Of a DNA stretch of 64,000 nucleotides, positions 39,574-48,991 are shown in pieces. This DNA is from an uncultured Bacteroidales bacterium (GTDB lineage: Bacteria; Bacteroidota; Bacteroidia; Bacteroidales; CAYVNP01), in the NCBI GenBank assembly GCA_964452905.1, contig CAYVNP010000013.1, forward strand, positions 7,374 through 71,373. The letters run 5' to 3'. Every line of letters begins with the position of its first letter. Positions within the stretch are counted from its first letter, which is position 1. Below the pieces are notes generated by a model, which saw only the letters and a program-made list of their open reading frames with translations, did not search any database and had not been told where the DNA came from. The position numbers and the translations under genes were made by a program.

Positions 39574-40803
39574 TTATTTTGTTTTAATCAAAGATGAATC
39601 TGATTTCTTATCTTCATCCGTATTCTTCTGATTACCGAAGATTTCATAAAGTTTTTGTGAAAGTTCTTCCCCTGAAATTCCTTTGCTGATAATTATTCCA
39701 TTTGGATCGATAAGAATATTGTATGGTATTTTTTTCACATTATAAAGTGTAATAACAGGACCAGCCATATCATTGTAATCATTGACCTGAATCCAGGGAA
39801 GATAAAGATCATTGATAGCTTTTTTCCAACGTTCTTTGTTTTCGTCAATAGCAATGCTTAATATTTCAAATCCTTTTTTGTGAAATGTTTTATATACCCA
39901 TTTCGAATATTTTGTTTCCTGAATACAGTCTTCACATTGAGGTGACCAGAAATTAAGAAGAACATATTTCCCACGTAATGAGAGGAGAGAAACAGTATCC
40001 CCTTTAATATTCGGTAAAACAAAGTTAGGTGCTATTGCTCCAATTAGCAGACGCTGTTCAATTAATTTTTTTTCAGCTTCATCTCTTTTCAGTTTTGCTA
40101 ATCGTTCATGCAGATTTATAACATGTTTATTTTTAGGATATTTTGAAAATAATGCGTGATCAATTTTTTCGGAAAATTCAATTTCTTCATCATCAGTTAT
40201 CAATCGTTTTTTTCCAAAACTTTGAAACAAGGCAAGGATAGAAGCCATTGAACCGGAATTCGCATTGATAAACTGTTTGATGTATTTTTGTTGATCTTTA
40301 TATATTTCATGAAAGGAGGAATCCAATTTATTTTTAATTTCGGGGAACTCAGATTTGTTCTGACTTTCGATAAATATTTTTTTCAATGAATCAACTTTCG
40401 CTGCGTTTTTGTAGTAATACAAATACAACTCACAAATCTTTTTTGATTCATCGGAACCACTGACAGTGTACGTTCGTTCAAGTTGTAATGCATCACCATC
40501 CAGTGTCAGTGCATCTTCGGGCTGGATCAATAAGGTAATGAAATTTTTATTTTTTACTTTCAACAAATAAAAACCCGGTTCGGTAATAGTATGTTTGAAG
40601 AAAAATTCCCCATCTTCGTTGAATCTTGTTGAATCGATAGTTTGAGTCTTATTGATTAATAATTCTTCAATATAAATGGACTCCCCTTTCGTATTTTTTA
40701 ATTTCCCTTTTACTACAAACTCATTTGATTTCGGCTTCAACGGATCACTGCATCCGTATCCCGCAATGATGATAAGGAATAAAGGAATGAATATTTTTCT
40801 CAT
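39574..40803 (-). CDS. TlpA-family thiol:disulfide oxidoreductase lipoprotein with an N-terminal DUF4369-like domain
   Basis: Lipobox GYGCS, an N-terminal beta-rich domain (FVVKGKLKN.KGESIYIEEL), and a C-terminal thioredoxin fold with LLNFWSPQCEDCIQE (CxxC). Confidence 0.82.
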   Translation of the reverse strand: MRKIFIPLFLIIIAGYGCSDPLKPKSNEFVVKGKLKNTKGESIYIEELLINKTQTIDSTRFNEDGEFFFKHTITEPGFYLLKVKNKNFITLLIQPEDALTLDGDALQLERTYTVSGSDESKKICELYLYYYKNAAKVDSLKKIFIESQNKSEFPEIKNKLDSSFHEIYKDQQKYIKQFINANSGSMASILALFQSFGKKRLITDDEEIEFSEKIDHALFSKYPKNKHVINLHERLAKLKRDEAEKKLIEQRLLIGAIAPNFVLPNIKGDTVSLLSLRGKYVLLNFWSPQCEDCIQETKYSKWVYKTFHKKGFEILSIAIDENKERWKKAINDLYLPWIQVNDYNDMAGPVITLYNVKKIPYNILIDPNGIIISKGISGEELSQKLYEIFGNQKNTDEDKKSDSSLIKTK

Positions 40804-40809
40804 ATAAAA

Positions 40810-41622
40810 TTATAACGTTTGTATCAATTCTTTAATGATCAGTGTCATACTAGGTTCTGCTATGTTGGCAGCAGCAATGATCTCATCCAGACTTGTTTCT
40901 TTTATTTTTCCCTCTATACCTAAGTCGGTAATAATTGAAATGGCAAAACAAGGAATATTCATTTGTCGTGCAACAATGACTTCCGGAACGGTTGACATGC
41001 CTACTACATCAGCGCCAATGATGTGTAGAAATTTATATTCAGCAGGTGTTTCAAGATTGGGTCCTGAAACACAAACATAAACACCTTGCTGAAGTTTTAT
41101 GTTGTTTTTTTTTGCAATCTCTATTGTTTTGGCAATCATTCCTTTATCATAGGCACTGCTCATATCCGGGAAGCGCGGTCCCAGTTCATCCAGATTTTTT
41201 CCTATCAAAGGATTGGCAGGTAACAAATTAATATGATCGGTAATAACCATCAGGTCACTGACATTAAAAGCCGGATTAAGCCCACCACAAGCATTGGACA
41301 GAATAAGCTTTTCGATGCCAAGCATTTTCATAACACGGATGGGAAACGTAACCTGTTTCATGTCATACCCTTCATAAAAATGAAATCGTCCGTGCATGGC
41401 AATCACATTCTTTCCTTCCAATAATCCAAAGATCAATTCTCCCTGATGGCTTTCAACAGTTGAAACCGGAAAATCAGGAATATCTTTATATGGAATGACA
41501 TGTTCAATTTCAATTTCTTTGACAAGTCCCCCAAGACCGGTGCCGAGTACTATACCAACTTGTGGTTTAATCGTTATTTTCTTCTGAATAAATTCAGTTG
41601 TTTTTCTTATTTTTTCTAACAT
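40810..41622 (-). CDS. Purine nucleoside phosphorylase (trimeric PNP/PunA type)
   Basis: VGIVLGTGLGG, HGRFHFYEGY, GPRFPDMS, VGMSTVPEVIVA. Its start overlaps the lpxK stop by 29 nt. Confidence 0.92.
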   Translation of the reverse strand: MLEKIRKTTEFIQKKITIKPQVGIVLGTGLGGLVKEIEIEHVIPYKDIPDFPVSTVESHQGELIFGLLEGKNVIAMHGRFHFYEGYDMKQVTFPIRVMKMLGIEKLILSNACGGLNPAFNVSDLMVITDHINLLPANPLIGKNLDELGPRFPDMSSAYDKGMIAKTIEIAKKNNIKLQQGVYVCVSGPNLETPAEYKFLHIIGADVVGMSTVPEVIVARQMNIPCFAISIITDLGIEGKIKETSLDEIIAAANIAEPSMTLIIKELIQTL

Positions 41623-42658
41623 AATCTAATATTTGATGGTCAAATTCATTTTTACAATCATCATGAAATTCAAATTGTATCGGTACAAAATAAACAGGTA
41701 TATCTTTAAATTCATCTGCAAAATCAATATACTGAAAACGCATATAGTCTTTTTCTGTTGTGACAATAATTTTATTTCGCGTTGCAATATTATTAAAAAT
41801 CCGGCGGATATGCTGAATATCTTGTTTTAAATAATGATGATGATCAGGATAATTCAGTTGAACGACTTCACTGCATAATTTGGTCAGATGCTCTTTTAAA
41901 GGGTAGGGATTGGCAATACCGGTCACCATCAGGATAGTATTGATTTTTTTTTCAGAATAGTTTTCCGCTGATGAATTCAGACTTTTTAATTGAAGAAATT
42001 TTATATATGAAAAATAAACTTTCTGATAAGAACGGGGCTTAATATCTTCAATTAATTTCTTTTTTATAATAGGTGAAAATATCTTGGGTGTTTTGGTAAC
42101 AACAATAATGTCGGCTCTTTTAAAACCCTTTTTAAATTCGCGAAGGGTTCCTGTAGGAAACATGAAATTATTAAAAAAAGTATTGTGGTAGTCCGTCAGA
42201 ATAATTGATAAACCCGGCTTTATTGAGCGATGCTGAAAGGCATCGTCCAGTAAAATCACATCGGGTGGTTTATCAGTTTTTAAAAGCATTTCAACTCCAT
42301 GACATCGGTTTTCATCAACAGCAACCTTAACGTGTTCAAATTTTTGTTTGTATTGACGGGGTTCATCACCTATTTCTGACGCTGAATGATCTTCATTAGC
42401 CAATATATATCCTTTGGTTTTTCTTTTGTATCCTCTGCTAAGTATAGCCAGTACATATTCATTATTCAACAAACGCACAAGATATTCAGTGGTTGGTGTT
42501 TTTCCTGTACCTCCCATCGTTAGGTTACCGATAGATATGATGGGGACTTCAAAACTTTGAGAAGAAAAAATTCTAAAATCAAATAATTTATTCCTAACCC
42601 AAATGATAAACCCATAGAGCAATGAAATAGGAATTAAAAGTATTTTTATTAGTGTCAT
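41594..42658 (-). CDS. lpxK: Tetraacyldisaccharide 4'-kinase
   Basis: N-terminal membrane helix, P-loop ISIGNLTMGGTGKTP, then ILSRGYKRK and LDDAFQHR. Confidence 0.9.
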   Translation of the reverse strand: MTLIKILLIPISLLYGFIIWVRNKLFDFRIFSSQSFEVPIISIGNLTMGGTGKTPTTEYLVRLLNNEYVLAILSRGYKRKTKGYILANEDHSASEIGDEPRQYKQKFEHVKVAVDENRCHGVEMLLKTDKPPDVILLDDAFQHRSIKPGLSIILTDYHNTFFNNFMFPTGTLREFKKGFKRADIIVVTKTPKIFSPIIKKKLIEDIKPRSYQKVYFSYIKFLQLKSLNSSAENYSEKKINTILMVTGIANPYPLKEHLTKLCSEVVQLNYPDHHHYLKQDIQHIRRIFNNIATRNKIIVTTEKDYMRFQYIDFADEFKDIPVYFVPIQFEFHDDCKNEFDHQILDYVRKNKKNN

Positions 42659-43022
42659 ATTTCAAAAGTATAAAAAAAATGTTTCAATTTGACTTTTAAA
42701 ACATTAAAATATTAAATCATTAAACGTTTACAACTACACTGTTTAAATATAAATTATACACATATATTTTTTGTTTCAAATTATCATTTCTTATAAAAGG
42801 ATTATCAAAAAACACAACAACATTTTTTATAAATGATATAACTTTGTTAAAAGCAAGTAATGATGAAACTTAAACACTATTTTAAATTTCAAACTATGAA
42901 TTTTATAAAGTTTTCTTAAAACTTTTTTTCAATACGGTTTTTTAAAAAGTGTTAAACGGAATTATGTTTTATAAATAATCTTCATTCCCATATTTAATAA
43001 AATTAATATAAAAAAAATTTCA

Positions 43023-46000
43023 ATGAAAAAAATTGTATCTTTTCAAATACTGATTTTATTATTATCCCTAAAAATAACAGCTCAAAATATTGGTATCAAT
43101 ACTGATGGAAGTACACCTGATGCTGGTGTAATGCTCGACATTAAGCCATCAAGCAGCGGTTCGGTTGATCCTTTGCTACTCCGAATGAGAGGCACTACAG
43201 ATGGTGCACAGTATATTGCTGTTTTATTCGGTAATAATAATTTTCAGTATTATCATACACTTAAATCAAGACACAGCAGTACAGCAAACAACAGCAATGC
43301 CCTTGATTTTTATTTATCAACCACAACATCCGGAACGCAAAAACAGGTTCTTTCTTTAACTGGAGCTGGTAATGTTGGAATTGGTACTATCGCCCCATCT
43401 GCATCTGCAATGCTTGAAATGTCATCAACATCAGGTGGTTTATTGATTCCGCGTATGACTGCTGCCCAGAAAGTTGCAATTGGAACTCCAGCCACCGGAT
43501 TATTAATTTATCAAACAGATGCTCCTGTCGGATTCTGGTATTATAATGGAACATCCTGGTTGCCTTTGTTAGGAGCAATCAGCAGCAGTGATGGTACAGC
43601 CGGTTGGTCCTTAACGGGAAATACAGGCACAACAGCAGGAACAAACTATCTCGGAACTTCCGATGCAAAAGATTTTGTTATAAAAACCAATGGCACAGAA
43701 AGAGTACGTGTAAAATCAGGAGGTAATGTTGGTATTGGGACAAATGCACCGGCACAAAAACTCGAGATTACAGGGAATACGAGGATTTCAGGAGGTAATG
43801 GTCTAGAAATCACTGAAACTGGAAATCCATTTTTACGAATTGCCTTGGACCAAAGTACGGCTGGTTATAGTTGTATCGTTAATAACTGGGGCAATAGCTC
43901 AAATCCTGGTGTTGTTGTGGGTTCAACCCGAACAGACGGAAATGCTTTTCAAGTGGGGACAGGAATTACACTTGACGCAAATTCACTCCCAAATTCCAAT
44001 GGAACTCAACGATTTTTAGTTCAAGGAAATGGTGATATCGGTATGACAGCCACTGACCTTTCTCATAGTTTACAAGGCGGAACAGTACCCTATAAAATTA
44101 CACGTCTGGTTCGCATTGCTACTGATAATGATAATGAAGATGCACTTTTTCAAATTACCAGTTCCGGGGGGTCCTCTCATATTAATCTCTTTTCTGGAAA
44201 CAGCACTGATAATCCAGCTTTTATCTGGCAACAAAACAAAAGTATTCGTTTCGGCGTATGGGATTCATGGAAAACAGCAACATTCACAAGTATGATATTA
44301 ATCAATGGAACTAACGGTTATGTTGGTATAAATAATGATGTACCTTCAGCAAGGTTAAGCATTGCTAACACTGGAGTAACGGAATTAACCGGTACTTCTC
44401 ATTCATCCACATTTCGAACAATTGCAGGTACACTTGGAAATACTGTTGGGGATCTTCTTCAGTTAGCTTCAATTGGCTATAAAACAAATCAACCAAATAG
44501 CTGTGCTCTTGGTTTTTGGTCTTACAGACATTCAACTACATCCCCTTTTCCTCATGGATGGGATGGAACATCTATAGGACTTACAATGGATGTTGACAAC
44601 TCAGCAAGAGCTGGAAATGGACTTTGGTTAAAACATAATGGCTATATTGGTATTGGCACACCGAATCCACAAAATAAATTTGAAGTCAGTAAAGACGGTA
44701 CTACCGAAGGATTTTCAGTTTCAACAGGTGGGGTTGTCAAAATAAACAATGTGTACTCATTGCCAACTGCCGTTGGAATATCAGGGCAAGCGCTTATTTC
44801 GGCTGGTGCAACATCTAACTGGGGGACACTGGGTGTAGCTGGAGGTGGAACCGGAGCCAACTCGTTAACCGGCATGATTAAAGGAAATGGAATAGGTGCA
44901 TTTACCGGTATTACAGGTACACAATGGGGAATAACCTACTGGTCAAATGCAAATACGATTGCTTCTACTGCTGCTGGTACTGCAGGGCAGGTGCTCATTT
45001 CAAATGGAGCTGCAGCGCCTGCATGGGCAAACATGAACTCCTACAATTGGAGTTTGACGGGTAATTCTGGTACCACACCCGGAACCAATTATTTAGGCAC
45101 TTCCGATGCAAAAGATTTAATCCTGTCAACGGCTGCCACCGAACGATTCCGTATTACCAGTGATGGGACTAAATTTGGTTTTAATACCGGAGGCACTCCC
45201 ACCTATAATTTTCATGTTAAACCTGCTTCAGGCAATACGATTGATGCCATGTTCACACCAACAGAATGGAATTCAACCGATGATTATTCTAAAATCATGT
45301 TAGGTTTTACTGACCATTATATTAAAGCAGCTCAAAATGCAGGAATGGATATCTATACCAATGATGATCTGAGGTTTTATACCGGAACCGGTTCGGGGGG
45401 AAGCAATGTGGGTAAACAACGGATGAAGATTGAGGAAACCGCCAATAATACGACCTATGTTGATCTGACCACGGACCCTTCTGATGCCACAGCATGGAAC
45501 AGTAGCGGAGATTTCGTGCGTCTGCGTTTGGGTGATGACAATCATTACATTCATGGAGAATATGGAGTTGGAATGACATTTAATGATGTAAATAAATTCA
45601 ATTTTACAGGCGGGAATGTCGGTATTAACCAAACTGCTCCCGAATGGAAATTGCAGATGACATCATCCGGAAATAATACACCGGATGCATTACAGGCAAC
45701 GAATGCCAATAAATCCCGATTCCTGACCGTTTTTTCCGGAAGTGAAAATGCAAACGATGATTCACCTGCTTTGGTTTGGGGTCAACGAGGAGGAACTGCC
45801 GGATTGCAGGGAAATATATTAAGACTTGGTACCTGGAACGCTTCCAGTGGATCAAGCTGGCAAGAACATTACAGGTTTTATGGGGACGGTAATACAACCG
45901 CAAATGCAACTCGGGTTGATATAAAACAAGGATATGACAGGACCACAGCAACAGATAACTATTATACTCTTGATTTACGAAAAGGTGATAATACAGATGT

Positions 46001-46481
46001 GACAGGCACCTGTGTCATTAATGATAATTTAAATGTTTATGGAACGATATGGGCTAATGGCGCTACCATTACTAACGGCTTTACTACGTGGTCTGACGGA
46101 CGATTTAAAACAAATATCTATCCGATTAATTTCCCTTCAGAAAAAATCAAGAAACTCAATGGGGTTTATTATCTTTGGCGAACCGATACATCCACTGCCG
46201 GAATTAATTTCCCGGTTGGCAAACAAATGGGGTTGATTGCTCAAGATGTTGAAAAAGTTTTTCCGGAAGCAGTAATTGAATTCAAAGGGTTAAAAACAAT
46301 TGATTACGGCAAATTAATTTCACCTTTGATTGAAGCTTTTAAAGAACAACAAATATTATTAGAACAATTGATACATGATAATCAACTTCTTGAATCAGAT
46401 AATAAAAATTTAAAAGAATATCTTGACAAACTGGATACAAGACTTAAAAATATTGAAGCATTATCTAAAACAGACAAATAG
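43023..46481 (+). CDS. Secreted tail-fibre-like protein with a C-terminal intramolecular chaperone (endosialidase chaperone / Peptidase_S74) domain
   Basis: Signal peptide. Five repeats of the G(N/Y)VGIGT..P...L.(V/I/M) collar motif. An internal duplication (WSLTGN[TS]GTT.GTNYLGTSDAKD at about aa 195 and about aa 680). C-terminus TW-SDGRFKTNIYPI...LNGVYYLWR...GLIAQDVEKVFPEAV...IDYGKLISPLIEAFKEQQ followed by a coiled coil. The predicted autocleavage Ser is codon 1024 (nt 46092). Confidence 0.85.
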   Translation: MKKIVSFQILILLLSLKITAQNIGINTDGSTPDAGVMLDIKPSSSGSVDPLLLRMRGTTDGAQYIAVLFGNNNFQYYHTLKSRHSSTANNSNALDFYLSTTTSGTQKQVLSLTGAGNVGIGTIAPSASAMLEMSSTSGGLLIPRMTAAQKVAIGTPATGLLIYQTDAPVGFWYYNGTSWLPLLGAISSSDGTAGWSLTGNTGTTAGTNYLGTSDAKDFVIKTNGTERVRVKSGGNVGIGTNAPAQKLEITGNTRISGGNGLEITETGNPFLRIALDQSTAGYSCIVNNWGNSSNPGVVVGSTRTDGNAFQVGTGITLDANSLPNSNGTQRFLVQGNGDIGMTATDLSHSLQGGTVPYKITRLVRIATDNDNEDALFQITSSGGSSHINLFSGNSTDNPAFIWQQNKSIRFGVWDSWKTATFTSMILINGTNGYVGINNDVPSARLSIANTGVTELTGTSHSSTFRTIAGTLGNTVGDLLQLASIGYKTNQPNSCALGFWSYRHSTTSPFPHGWDGTSIGLTMDVDNSARAGNGLWLKHNGYIGIGTPNPQNKFEVSKDGTTEGFSVSTGGVVKINNVYSLPTAVGISGQALISAGATSNWGTLGVAGGGTGANSLTGMIKGNGIGAFTGITGTQWGITYWSNANTIASTAAGTAGQVLISNGAAAPAWANMNSYNWSLTGNSGTTPGTNYLGTSDAKDLILSTAATERFRITSDGTKFGFNTGGTPTYNFHVKPASGNTIDAMFTPTEWNSTDDYSKIMLGFTDHYIKAAQNAGMDIYTNDDLRFYTGTGSGGSNVGKQRMKIEETANNTTYVDLTTDPSDATAWNSSGDFVRLRLGDDNHYIHGEYGVGMTFNDVNKFNFTGGNVGINQTAPEWKLQMTSSGNNTPDALQATNANKSRFLTVFSGSENANDDSPALVWGQRGGTAGLQGNILRLGTWNASSGSSWQEHYRFYGDGNTTANATRVDIKQGYDRTTATDNYYTLDLRKGDNTDVTGTCVINDNLNVYGTIWANGATITNGFTTWSDGRFKTNIYPINFPSEKIKKLNGVYYLWRTDTSTAGINFPVGKQMGLIAQDVEKVFPEAVIEFKGLKTIDYGKLISPLIEAFKEQQILLEQLIHDNQLLESDNKNLKEYLDKLDTRLKNIEALSKTDK

Positions 46482-46510
46482 TATTATATTTGATTTTAGA
46501 GTATTAACTA

Positions 46511-47797
46511 ATGACTGTAAAAAAATTCATCCCGTTGATTTTTCTGACTATTTATTTATTAATTAGTTCGGATGTCTGTGCTCAGTCCCGATTAGTAATG
46601 AATAATGACCCGTATGTTGTTTATGCCAATGGCAGTTCATCCAAACCGGTTTATCTGGTGTTGAATAACTCAAATGCAAATTCCATCACACTTTCAGGTA
46701 CAGGAGGAAACATTATTTCGGAAAATGAATATCATATATTGAAATGGAATATAGGTACTCAGACAGGGAACTATACAGTACCTTTTACTAAAACATCTGG
46801 CAATAAAATTCCATATACATTGAATATTACAAATGCAGGATCCGGTTCCGGCAATATTAAATTTTCAACCTATACTTCAAATTCAGCAAATACACCATTT
46901 CCTTCTGATGTAACTTTTCTGAATGACATTTCAACAAATTCAGATAATTCCCTAAAAGTAATTGATCGCTTCTGGATCATTGATGCGAACGGTTATACAA
47001 CCAAACCAACATCAACTATGCTCTTTACGTATTTGCATTCGGAATATGCAGCACCTAATACAATCACAGAATCAAATTTACGCGCACAACGTTTTAATTC
47101 AACACTACCTAAATGGGGAGATTATCTGCCCCAGGGAACCATAGATATCGGTGCAAACACTGTCTCATCTGTACCTGCTGCACCTGCAGATTTTTTCCGA
47201 TCCTGGACGTTGGTTGATAATTCAAGTCCCTTACCTATTGAATTACTTTATTTTAATGGTCTTTGCTCTGATAATCAATTGAAATTATTCTGGGCAACAC
47301 AAACTGAAACAAATAATGATTTTTTCACCATCGAAGAGTCCTCGAACGGTTCTGACTTTACAGAGATGAGACGAATCAAAGGCGCCGGAAACAGTAATAA
47401 AATCAGGTATTATCAGGTAAACATTCCCGGTGATGCAAATGAACAATTTTATTTCCGTTTAAAGCAAACCGATTTCAACGGAAAATATCATTATTATTCC
47501 ATAATACATCCCGAAAATAACTGTGTAAAAAAGACAACACGTTTTTTTTATTCAGTTTCTCCCAATCCTGCCACTTCAGATAATTTAAAATTGACCTTAT
47601 TCAGTCCGATACGACAGAATATTTCGGTATCTTTTTATTCATTAATCGGTCAATTGGTGTATGAAATGATATTACCCGTTGGAAATGACCAACCCATTAG
47701 TCATATTTTTCAATTGCAGCATCTCACTCCTGCAATGTATCTGATGGTACTATCAACTTCATCAAACAATTATGTTGAGAAAATTATTGTTAAATAA
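46511..47797 (+). CDS. T9SS type-A-sorted hypothetical surface protein (partner of the tail-fibre-like gene)
   Basis: Signal peptide, then the PIELLYFNG......LKLFWATQTETNNDFFTIEES.NG.DF domain common in Bacteroidota surface proteins. C-terminal SVSPNPATSDNLKLTLF...AMYLMVL...VEKIIVK is a CTD. It starts 29 nt after the upstream stop. Confidence 0.75.
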   Translation: MTVKKFIPLIFLTIYLLISSDVCAQSRLVMNNDPYVVYANGSSSKPVYLVLNNSNANSITLSGTGGNIISENEYHILKWNIGTQTGNYTVPFTKTSGNKIPYTLNITNAGSGSGNIKFSTYTSNSANTPFPSDVTFLNDISTNSDNSLKVIDRFWIIDANGYTTKPTSTMLFTYLHSEYAAPNTITESNLRAQRFNSTLPKWGDYLPQGTIDIGANTVSSVPAAPADFFRSWTLVDNSSPLPIELLYFNGLCSDNQLKLFWATQTETNNDFFTIEESSNGSDFTEMRRIKGAGNSNKIRYYQVNIPGDANEQFYFRLKQTDFNGKYHYYSIIHPENNCVKKTTRFFYSVSPNPATSDNLKLTLFSPIRQNISVSFYSLIGQLVYEMILPVGNDQPISHIFQLQHLTPAMYLMVLSTSSNNYVEKIIVK

Positions 47798-47886
47798 TCT
47801 ATTTTCATTTTTTACTTTCTACACATTAATTTTTGAATAAAAAATTAGCAAAAAATACTTATCTTTGATTTTTAGAAAAACTAAAA

Positions 47887-48981
47887 ATGAAAATTTCGGA
47901 GATTATTCATTATCTTGAATCAATTGCACCCAAGCAAATACAGGAATCATATGATAATTGCGGTTTACTGGTAGGAGAAATTGAAAGAGATGTAACGAAA
48001 GCTTTGATTTGTCTTGATGTAACAGAAGATGTCATTCAGGAAGCTATTGACAACAATTGCCAACTGATCATTTCACATCATCCGGTTATTTTCAAAGCAA
48101 TAAAAAAAATCACTACTCAAAATTTTACTGAACGGATATTACTCAAAGCGATCAGAAACGAACTAGCAATTTATGCGATCCATACCAATCTGGATCAGGT
48201 TGATACCGGTGTAAACTTCATAATCGCTGAAAAAATCGGATTAAAGAATACTAAAATACTTTCTCCTGTTCAGGATATACTTTGTAAACTGGTTACATTC
48301 TGTCCGACAGATAAAGCTGAAGAAATCCGTATAGCTTTATTCAAGGCAGGTGCAGGGCAAATTGGATTATATGATAATTGCAGTTTTAATTCCGGAGGAA
48401 CTGGCACTTTTCGTGCATCAGAACAAACCAATCCCTATGTTGGAGAAAAAGGGAAAATACATTTCGAACCCGAAACCCGGATTGAAGTCATATTTCCTGC
48501 TTATACTGAATCTGCTGTTATCAGTTCGTTAATTAATGTTCACCCTTACGAAGAACCGGCATACGATATTTATCCGTTAAAAAATAATCATTCCAAAATT
48601 GGTTCCGGAATGATAGGTGAACTTGAAAATCCATCAGATGAAAAAGAATTTCTTTCAAGAATTAAAACTATTTTCAGAACCGGTTGTATCAGACATTCAA
48701 AGTTGAAAAATAAAAAAATAAAAAGAGTAGCAGTTTGTGGTGGGTCAGGTAGTTTTTTAATTTCAAATGCCATTGCAGCCGGAGCAGATATTTTTATTAC
48801 TGCCGATATAAAATACCACGATTTTTTTATTGCCGACAATCGAATTGTTTTGGCTGATATCGGGCATTACGAAAGCGAATGGGTAACAAAAGAATTATTG
48901 TTTTCACTAATTAATAAAAAATTCCCTACATTTGCACTGCAAATTTCAGAGCAGGATCTAAACCCCGTTAATTATTTTTAA
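47887..48981 (+). CDS. Nif3-like dinuclear metal-centre protein (GTP cyclohydrolase 1 type 2 homolog)
   Basis: YDNCGLLVG, LIISHHPVIFKAIKKIT, AIYAIHTNLD, an inserted PII-like domain, C-terminal GHYESEW. Confidence 0.9.
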   Translation: MKISEIIHYLESIAPKQIQESYDNCGLLVGEIERDVTKALICLDVTEDVIQEAIDNNCQLIISHHPVIFKAIKKITTQNFTERILLKAIRNELAIYAIHTNLDQVDTGVNFIIAEKIGLKNTKILSPVQDILCKLVTFCPTDKAEEIRIALFKAGAGQIGLYDNCSFNSGGTGTFRASEQTNPYVGEKGKIHFEPETRIEVIFPAYTESAVISSLINVHPYEEPAYDIYPLKNNHSKIGSGMIGELENPSDEKEFLSRIKTIFRTGCIRHSKLKNKKIKRVAVCGGSGSFLISNAIAAGADIFITADIKYHDFFIADNRIVLADIGHYESEWVTKELLFSLINKKFPTFALQISEQDLNPVNYF

Positions 48982-48991
48982 AAATATAATT

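Noticed and set aside
41594-41622. 29-nt overlap between the lpxK 3' end and the PNP start
   Set aside because: Both reading frames are well supported by conserved N- and C-terminal motifs. Overlaps of this size are common in operons, and no frameshift or fusion is indicated.
43023-47797. Prophage or tailocin interpretation of the tail-fibre-like gene
   Set aside because: No other phage-like genes (capsid, terminase, sheath/tube, baseplate, holin, integrase) lie within 20 kb on either side, the flanks are housekeeping genes, and the protein has a Sec signal peptide.
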